Made by a program: the position numbers and the translations under genes
Shown here: positions 49,217-58,370 of the stretch, in pieces
Position numbering within the stretch: the stretch's first letter is position 1
Layout of the letters: every line of letters begins with the position of its first letter
The notes under the pieces: generated by a model
Seen by the model: only the letters and a program-made list of their open reading frames with translations
What the model was told of the DNA's origin: nothing
Database searches by the model: none
Origin: Paraspadella gotoi
Taxonomy: Eukaryota > Animalia > Chaetognatha
DNA: 64,000 nucleotides
Direction: 5' to 3'
NCBI GenBank assembly: GCA_051294375.1
Contig: CM119263.1
Location: 7,984,635-8,048,634 of the forward strand

Positions 49217-49694
49217 CCTCGTCGGAAGAAAAAACGGCGCCGACAACCCAATCTTCAAGATGAAGTACGCGGGGTTTTTGTGTTTTTTTAGCGTCTGGGG
49301 ACCGGAGATGACGCCAGCTAATATTTCTCACGGCGGTGTGCCGTTATACCCTCGTGAGTCGTGACCCTTGCCAGTGATACTCACTCTCTCCGTCTCTCTC
49401 TTATTTAATTTTTATGTTAGTAACTTTACCCTCATATTATCGTAAGCTCATAACTTCATATTGTGTTTTCATATTGATCTACAAATGTTCCAAAACAGAG
49501 ACTAATAGCTGTGAACCCAAATGTGAAAATATGATTGTGATTAATATTGTTTCACTGATTGTTACTACATAAAAAGATTACAAACGAAAGACTATCAGTT
49601 GAGTTAATTTACGATTTATGTTAGGGTTAGGCAAAAATGTTGATCTCGAATCGATTTCTCATTTCGATGACGTTTTCTCATCGACAAATCGACA

Positions 49695-49980
49695 ATGAAT
49701 TTGCAGTTTTCCCTTTTGTTTAGCCTCAAAACTTGCCGAGTCATGCAGAGAATGAATCAGCAGATTTTGACCAATCAGAAAGGTTTAAAAATTATCTCCA
49801 AACAAAGAGCTGCACCGGAACCAAACGATGTTATTTGTGCTCTACCATTGAAAAACAAGGTCCCCGGATGAATGGTTTGTAATTATAAGAAGTTATTAGT
49901 AAATTTTACCAGAAAAAACCTTTTGTTTTGTTTATTTCATAAAAAGAATGTTCATAGTTCAATATCATTTGCTATATCAT
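49695..49980. promoter_or_regulatory. Cluster of antioxidant-response-element (Nrf2/CncC-sMaf)-like motifs upstream of p62
   Basis: ATGACTCGGCA (minus, 49734-49744), ATGAATCAGCA (49752-49762), ATGATATAGCA (minus, 49970-49980) and ATGAATTTGCA (49695-49705), compared with RTGAYnnnGCA. CCAAT at 49771. Confidence 0.5.
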
Positions 49981-50583
49981 GATTCAAGTCATCGCCCACG
50001 AGTATAGTTCTTTATGCTAATTCTACTGCCCGAACCTCTTTCGCAATTCTTCCCGATTATAATTCAAAATAAGTGATAATTCTAAAAAGACTTAAGTTAA
50101 GACCCAAACATTAATCTTTTTTTTTCTTCAACCGACCAGAATATTGACGATCAGATTTTGCACGCAACTCAACCCTGTTCCAGTGGACTCCGCTCCACCA
50201 CATTCTTCTCGCTCCATCTCGTTCCTTCTTTTCGCTCAGTTGTTCTTGCGCTCAGTTTCGAAATTTTCTCCGAGCTTTTCCAGGTCCCTGGATTTTCGAA
50301 CTGCGGAGTATAAAAGGGAGGAGAACGAATACGAGATCAAACGCTTCTCAACTCTCAACTCTACGCGATACGGAAAAATAAATTTTTCTCGCCAACCAAA
50401 CACAATAAAATATATATATAAATATAAATCAACCGATAATCCTAACATCGAAACGTCAGAAAACAACAAATCAATCTTATTCTCTCGAGTCTGCAGTCTT
50501 TCAGATTCTCTCTAATAATTTACAATACGACGAAATTTCTTTTTTTTACAAAAAAGAAAGATTTTTTCATTGAATTTCGCAAA

Positions 50584-53177
50584 ATGAATTCGTCTCGAGC
50601 TTCGTCGTCGGCGGGTTTCCAGGCGGGCAGGGTGGGTTGATTGACTGAGTCTGACCTTTTTGGTGATTGTTTTCCAGGCTGGACAGGTGGGTTGATTGAC
50701 TGATTCTGAACCTTTTTGGTGATTGTTTCCAGGCTGGACAGGTGGGTTGATTGACTGATCTGACCTTTTTGGTGATTGTTTCCAGGCTGGACAGGTGGGT
50801 TGATTGACTGATCTGACCTTTTTGGTGATTGTTTTCCAGGCTGGACAGGTGGGTTGATTGACTGATTCTGACCTTTTTGGTGATTGTTTCCAGGCTGGAC
50901 AGGTGGGTTGATTGATGATTCTGACCTTTTTGGTGATTGTTTCCAGGCTGGACAGGTGGGTTGATTGACTGATTCTGACCTTTTTGGTGATTGTTTCCAG
51001 GCTGGACAGGTGGGTTGATTGATTGATTCTGACCTTTTTGGTGATTGTTTCCAGGCTGGACAGGTGGGTTGATTGACTGATTCTGACCTTTTTGGTGATT
51101 GTTTCCAGGCTGGACAAGCGTGATTGATTGTCTGATTCTGACCTTTTTTGGTGATTGTTCCGCGATTTTTCAAAAAATCCTAATTATTGGTAATTTTTAG
51201 ATAAGTTGTACGGTTTGTCTGATCTTTTTGAAAACTCATGTTACAATTTTTTTTTCTAATCTCACGCCCCCGATACCTTCACAATCACAATCACAGATGA
51301 GCGTGAAAGCCTTTCTCTACTCCGACGTGGCCCGAGTTGGAGAAGGCGACCCGGAGGTACGTCGCTTCCCCGTCGACGAGTCGGCCGCCACCAGCTTCAC
51401 TTACCTGAAGGAGAAGGTCAAGCAGTACTTTCCGCAGCTGCAGCGGCGGGAATTTCAACTGTACTGGAAGGGTGAGTTTACTATCGGTCATCGACATGTT
51501 AAATGTATCGAATGGACTTAGTTAAAATGGATTAAACAATTAATCAATAAACCGATTAACCAAATTCAGATTCTGACGGAGATTTCGTCTCTTTCTCTTC
51601 GGACGACGAACTCGTGGAAATCCTGACTGAAATGACGGCGGCGGAGAAACCGGATCCGATGCAGGTGATCAATCAATCAATCACATGATTTAATCACTCA
51701 AGCGAAAAATCATTTCATTTTTCTTGTCAATCTTTCAAAGCCGTTGCTGAATTGAGACAGTCAAATCTATTCACAAAGAAGTCAATCAATCAATAATGTA
51801 ATAATCAATCAATCTATTAACCATTCTATCAATCTTCATTCTTAAGGATAACCCCACTCAACTGCTATTGAGAATTTTCATCTTGGCGCCGCTATCTTCG
51901 ACATCCGGTCAGCAATCCGCGCCGCAAGGCGCCGCCCAATCGGTTCCGCAAGGCGAGCCTCAGAATCCGCTGCAGGACGTCCTCTTCAACTTTTTTAGCG
52001 CCTTCAATCCTGACGGCGCCGCGCACTCCGCCGCGCACAACGCCGCCCACGCCGCCGGTCATGCAGCCGGAGCTGCAGCCGCCGCGGCCTCCGCGTCCAA
52101 AGCCGCCAGCGCCGCCGCCGACGCTCCGGCGCCGGAGCCCGCCTCATCGGCGCCGGCGGGAGACAACGGAACCGGAAACGAAGAGCGCAGACATATCGGC
52201 GTCGTTTGCGACGGATGCGAGGGACCCATCATCGGTAAGATTTTGTCGTCGTCGCTGTTGTTGTTGTTATTGATGTAGCCTTTATCGGTAAAGGTCGTCA
52301 TTGTCATTGTCTTGCTCATCATCGTAAATTACATGGTCTTTTTAGTAGTATTATTGTTGATTTTCAAATTTATCGCCAGGAATCCGCTACAAGTGCATGG
52401 ACTGCCCCGACTACGACCTTTGCTCGGCCTGCTTCGGGAAGAACCTCCACAGCGAGCACGCCATGATGACGATCCAGCGCCCGGGAGACGGGAGGTGAGT
52501 CTGAGACTGAGAAGCAAAATCAAGAATAAAGAAAGTGAGGCGCCGTACAATACCGCTCTTTCTCAAACTTACCGAAAAATTGGTATCCCGTTTTGTTCAA
52601 AAGTCATTAAAGATCAGTGCTTATTTAAGAATAAAAATCAAGTTATCTATGGAATCATTTCGTTTTTTCTTTATCGTATTGATATTTAAAGACCAAATAA
52701 ATTCCTTATCAACAACTCTCTTTCTCTATATTCTTTTTNNNNNNNNNNNNNCCCCCTATTTTTTCTCTTTTTCCAAAGTTTTATTTCTCGGTAATTAAAT
52801 TTCTGCAGGTTACGGTTCCTCGATGCCGCAATGCCGTAATGCCGCGATGCTTTACTCTTTTCCTTCATTCCCCTTCTCCCATTCGCGCTAGGTTCAAAGC
52901 CCACCCGTTTTTCTTCGGAGGACGCCGTGGCGGAGGATGGGGTTGCCGCTTCGGACGCAGTCACCCGTACAAGGAGCACGGACCGCACGGGCACGGACCG
53001 AACGGGCACGGACCGCACGGGCACGGACCGAAAGGGCACGGACCGAAAGTGCACCTTCCACACTGCGCAAAAGGGCAAAGGCGCCAAAAGAAGATGCAGG
53101 AGATGGAAGAGATGATGAGGAATGTGGTGAGTCGAGTGGAGAAATTGCACAAATTGCAAAAATGCTATTGATGGAAA

Positions 53178-53223
<46 letters not shown>

Positions 53224-55216
53224 CGATGATGATGATCTACCGAGAAGATTGTAATAGTCATTTCTTTAAAATTTTTACAGTTGCAACAGTGTCTCGCGGA
53301 TCCGGCCGCCGCCGCTGCCACGGCAGCTGCAGCAGCCAACGTGGCCAGCGAGGCTTTTGGGTTCAGCCCGAACGAGGAACAGAATCCTGGTGAGAGGAAT
53401 TTATTTTGATAATGCACTCAGGCTTACGGAATGTCTACTGTCTTGTCTTGTTTGTTTTTTTGTTCATTGTCTCAAATCGCATTTTTTCCTCACGACAGAT
53501 TTCTCGATGGGCGATGGAATGTCGTCCGGCGATAACCCAACTTCCGACGCCGACAAATCCGCTTCCGCCCAAAGCGGCGCCGACAAATCGAACGCGGAAT
53601 CGACGGCGCAGAAGGGAAACGAGGAATACCTCAAATACGTCGGCCAAAGCGTAGCCGCCATGTTGGATCCGCTCGGCATCGACGTCTTGGTAAGAGTCTG
53701 CTTGACATCTCCCGTTACCACGGTTTTCGTTTTGAATAGTTGATTGAATTTGATTGATTGAATTTTATTTGTTTATTTTTTTTTGGTTTATTGATAGATT
53801 TATTGATTAATATAACAGTTTTTTAACATTTTATTTCTCTGTTCAAATCCTAGATCGACGTTGAGACTCCAGCCGGGCGTCGCGAAAAAGCCGCGGAAAC
53901 AAAGAAGAAAAACGAGGAAGAAACAAGCATGGAGGCCGACGTCGCTAAAGTAACCAATCAATTGTATTTTGAATATTTTATTTTGTTGCAAGTGCATTAC
54001 CTTCTCGATTGTTTTTTCATAAATCGTTATTAAAAAAAAAAGGAATTATTTCGCCAGTAGGATTGCCGACGACTCTAAAACTGCCCTTTATGGCAACGGG
54101 AGGATAGCCTGTGATACCGGGGCGCGGGGTATCTCACCAACTGGCGTAGGGGCTGCGGACCCTCAGTGACCGCCTCCTGTCACTGGCATGTTTATACCGG
54201 CACCGTCACATTTAAGCCAGAACGGGATACCCGGGATTGAACCCGGGACGCACGGATGGAATGAGATGATTTAGCCTGCTCAGCCAATGAGACGAGGCTG
54301 AGGACGGACAGCAGGGAGGCAGCTTTAAGTCTTGCTGCCACACCTTCTCCTTTTCCATTTCAGGTGACGACCGAAGTCTCGAAATTGACGACCACCGACT
54401 CCGAAACTGGACAGGCTACAACGTCTACAACGACAACGACAACAACGACAACTGATCCCGATGTCGCCGTCGCCGGCGCCAACGACGATGACGACGACGA
54501 GGTGATGCTGGAAGACGGCGCCGCCGCTACCAGCGACGCCGCGGCGAAGGACTCCAGCGATGACGAGTGGCACGTTATCCCGCCGGCGATGACGCCCGCT
54601 TATTCCGAGAAAGCGGGCAAGGGAAAAGGTGAGGCGGGGGAAGAGGAAAAAGGTGGGTCGGGCAAAGGGGGAAAGGTTGAGGCGGGCCAATGAAAAGATA
54701 AGGCGGGCATACGGGCGAAAATTAATGAAGAAATTCGATTAACCAAAACGAGGCCGATTATTAGTTTTTGAATAAGAATGTTGGGTTATTTTTAATGATT
54801 TTATGAGTTTAAGATAAGGTTGGTTCGTTTTTAATTTTAGCTGACTTGTATTTGTCCATTTTTTAGGCGCAATCCCCAAAGGAAACAAATCTAATAACGA
54901 AAGCCCAAACAAAAAGGGGCTACCACCCCACGTGGCCAAGAGCCTTTATCAGGTATTGTCATTCATCGGAAATAAAATTTGAACCTTATTTTAATTATAA
55001 TAAAGACTGACTTTCGGAACCAATTATTTATATTTTCTTCACACATTCGCTAACATTTTTTTTTCTTTATTTCATCGCCAGATGCAGTCGATGGGGTTCA
55101 GCAACGAAGGCCATTGGTTGGAACGACTCCTGTTGGCCAAAGACGGAAACATCTCGATGGCACTGGACGCCATCAACCCGAACAAGCCGGCAGCGGGCCA
55201 CGCCCATCACCAGTGA
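50584..55216 (+). CDS. SQSTM1: Sequestosome-1 / p62 / Ref(2)P autophagy receptor
   Basis: Probable first exon 50584-50631 (CAAAATG context). PB1 domain (51297-51471, ~51570-51665; [24 protein letters not shown]); ZZ finger ([27 protein letters not shown]); [20 protein letters not shown]; LIR DDEWHVI (54559-54579); [20 protein letters not shown]. Stop at 55214-55216. Confidence 0.96.
50616..51160 (+). repeat. ~54-bp tandem array (about 10 units) spanning the p62 exon1/intron1 junction
   Basis: Unit GTGGGTTGATTGACTGATTCTGACCTTTTTGGTGATTGTTTCCAG-GCTGGACAG; period 53-55 bp. Confidence 0.97.
54089..54342 (-). mobile_element. 254-bp copy 3 of the Pol III-box element (p62 intron)
   Basis: Perfect TSD CCTT (54085-54088 and 54343-54346). 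On the minus strand the A box is at 54275-54286 and the B box at 54234-54242, 44 nt apart. Confidence 0.92.
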
Positions 55217-55887
55217 ACAGTTTTTTCGATCGTGAACATGGAAAAGTGAACAAAATGGACATTTTAAAGTCTTGCTTTCAAGGGATTAACTATTTTATCA
55301 CTTTGCCGTGGTGGTTGGAATTATGATATCCCCTAATTTGATTTGTCACAAATTGTCTTTTTAAGCGTCACCGTCATCAATCAATCTGTCCCGATTTAAG
55401 AAAGCTATATTATTTTTCTTACCTTCGCTTGTAGTAGATTTATGTGTTTCATAGGCTTAGATTTGTAAACATTACGCAAACCAAGTTCGTTGTCTGTCCT
55501 AGTCTTTGCTATCACAGTGATGTAATCAATTCTTGAATTTTACGTTTTACTCCAGATAAACATTGGAGGATTTTTAGATTTGCTTCACTCTATCCTTACT
55601 AATAGTGAATGTATGAATCGAGTATTAATAAAATAATAAAAAAAACCATTGTGTTGTATTCTAAAACTTTTCTTCATTTCTGGTAACGAACGATGGCGGC
55701 CAATTATTAATTTTACGCATTTATACCATTTATATCATCAAGAAATTAAGCTTCTGCATTAGTTTTGATGATTATTTGATCGGATCGTTCGTCAGTTTAG
55801 TCATCCTAGTCTAAACAAGACTGATTGTCGAGAAAGAGAAATTTAATATCCAACTAATTATCCGACAAAAAAAAAAATCAATAAATC

Positions 55888-57786
55888 TCATTGGATGTGA
55901 CGTTGAATCCACCCGAGGAAAGGCTCCACCCTGTAGTATCCGCTGGGAAGAAGTAGACAGTGTGGTTCGGAGGCGAAATGAGCCACGCCGACGACCACGA
56001 ACCTATCGCCTCTTTTGACCACGAGAGGGCCACCGCTGTCACCGCCGCAGGCTCCGTAACTGCGTCCGTCTGAGAGAAAAGGACGGTGGACAAGGAGGGA
56101 AGGGTTGCGAAGTTGGAAGACGGTTGAGTCAACACTCTCCATCTTTGGACTTGACAAAAATATTTTTTTTACCAGTATGTCCGAAACAATAGATGTTGTC
56201 GTTAAAGGCGACGTCTGTTCATGAAGTAAAAATATAATTATTTTTTTAATTACTATTTCCTTTTTATTTATCTTAGCAAACAGGTATAAAATAGTAGTTA
56301 CCTCTCGCTTGAAATATTTTCTCCCACTTGGCTCTGCATTCGCTCAATTTCCAAATCGGTCCCGCTGTTTCAAGAAGAAACAAACAAAAAAACAACGCGT
56401 TAATTGGTTGGCTTCTTAGTGAAATGATATACAACATGCTTATTACAATTATGTTGCTGCTTAATTCGCAGGCGGCGTTTTGAACTCACCCGCTTGCTGC
56501 AAAAATCTCGGTTTGTTGGCGCGATTCTTCGTCTTGCTTGTGAAGCCGTAACCAGAGATGAAGCCCATTTCCCCTACGATAAACGTATTGGCGTAATATG
56601 ATCAAAATTTACGATCTTTAATTATATTATTATTCGTACCTTCAAAAGTTTCTCCTTTATTAGGCAGGCAAACCGGCCTCACGTATTTGGTTATTTTGGC
56701 CGGTTGTTTTAACTAAAAACAAGTATGTAGCAAAATTAAACACACATCTGGTAAAAAAAATATTTTTCTAGAAATTTTTTAAATGTTAAAATCTACGACT
56801 TTCATGTCACCCTGATGAGAGCAATGTCATTCAGGTTGAAGCCTTCCTTTTGAGCGCCTTCCACGTAATTTTCGTGAATGACAATTTTGTCCACATCGAG
56901 TCTTTGCTCTCCGGACTCTGGCATGTACTGATCACGGTCGCCTAACATCACTCTGAAAAAAACAGTGCAACCATCAGTATTAAACAAGGGATTAGTTTAG
57001 CGTGACAGACACTTTCCCGTAAGAGCAATCCAAACAACAGTAATTTGAATGATAGAAAAATCGCAACGCCAGTATGAATGCCGTGCTGTCAGATTAGTAC
57101 GAGAATCATATCAGCGATTACGCGAATTTCGAAGGGTCCTTGGTCGCCTTGAAACAGTGCGCTGCAGTAAGAATCCATCTGTCATTTAGCAGTGATCCGC
57201 CGCACAAATGCTGAAAAGTGCTGAAGGAGAAAAAAAAATCAGGTTCAGCAATTCGCGAAGATTCACTTACCTAAATCTTTAGCAATATTCGATCCTTACA
57301 CATCGCCCATGAATCTGACTTTCGTTTTAAGTCCCGCCTGCCAAGGCCACGCCCCTTCCGGCGCGATCTTCCCGCCGACGACGAAAGGCTCCACCGCGTC
57401 GGCCGCGTCCGTCAAAAGCGCCGCCTCGCTTTCCTCAGGATGAAGCTGAGGAAAAGGGAGATTAAACAAAAGAACAGCGCTCTATTTTAATTCTTACTTC
57501 TCGATCCTCACCTTTCTTTGCGCGGTTTCGTAGTCGGCGGTGAGTTGGGCCAAGGAGGTGAGGCGGAACCTCGGATCTTCGAATCCTCTCTTCTCGGAGT
57601 AGCTGATGACGCGATCTCCGCAAGCATCCCCTTGTAAAAAAAAATAAAGAAAAAAAAGAAGAAAAAAATAAAGTAATAAAAAAAAAGGCAAAACAATTTT
57701 AAAAAGTCGAAGACAAAGACAGAAATTGAACTTACCTTCGCTGAGAAGCGAACCGAAAATAAAAAGGAGGGACGTCAAAAACAAAT
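55888..57786 (-). CDS. Secreted S1A serine protease, non-trypsin specificity; start codon probably in the N-gap
   Basis: Signal-peptide exon next to the gap; mature N-terminus VVGG..GAWPWQ; [30 protein letters not shown] and [11 protein letters not shown]. The catalytic triad is intact. Confidence 0.93.
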
Positions 57787-58370
57787 NNNNNNNNNNNNNN
57801 NNNNNNNNNNNNNNNNNNNNNNNNNNNNNNNNNNNNNNNNNNNNNNNNNNNNNNNNNNNNNNNNNNNNNNNNNNNNNNNNNNNNNNNNNNNNNNNNNNNN
57901 NNNNNNNNNNNNNNNNNNNNNNNNNNNNNNNNNNNNNNNNNNNNNNNNNNNNNNNNNNNNNNNNNNNNNNNNNNNNACTGTCGCTGGAAGCTTATCTATT
58001 TTTTGATACAAGGACTTGTTTTGTTTCATTTTAATCAAATCTGTCACTTTTTTCTCCACGAATCTTCATTAAAAAAGAAAACCAAGGAAAAAAAATATTG
58101 ATAAAATGGCTCGCGAGAATTAAATCGCTTTTTAATGAACAAAAAAAAATTGCGCTAATACATATGTACATTGATAAAAAAAGATCATAGGTTAAGGTGA
58201 AAGCAGTAATTACAATTATTTACATATTAAACACCTATTTAACTTTTAACAGTCGTCATTCAGAAGAACTTAATTCATTTTAAAAGGACCGAGTGATTGT
58301 CCGAAGTTTCTCTTCAAGCACGCCTCATGACAGAGAGACAACTTCACCAACCACACTTCCCATTTCCGTT

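Noticed and set aside
50616-51160. CRISPR array, or the minus-strand repeat ORFs 50512-51117 and 50520-51173 as proteins
   Set aside because: The units are contiguous near-identical copies with no unique spacers, in a eukaryotic locus with no cas genes. The ORFs switch frame at unit indels and are by-products of the 54-bp period.
54296-54342. Hammerhead ribozyme (retrozyme) in the 250-bp element
   Set aside because: CTGAGGA resembles the CUGANGA core, but no stem II plus GAAA follows and copy 2 lacks the motif. An Infernal/RNAMotif search would be needed for other ribozyme classes.
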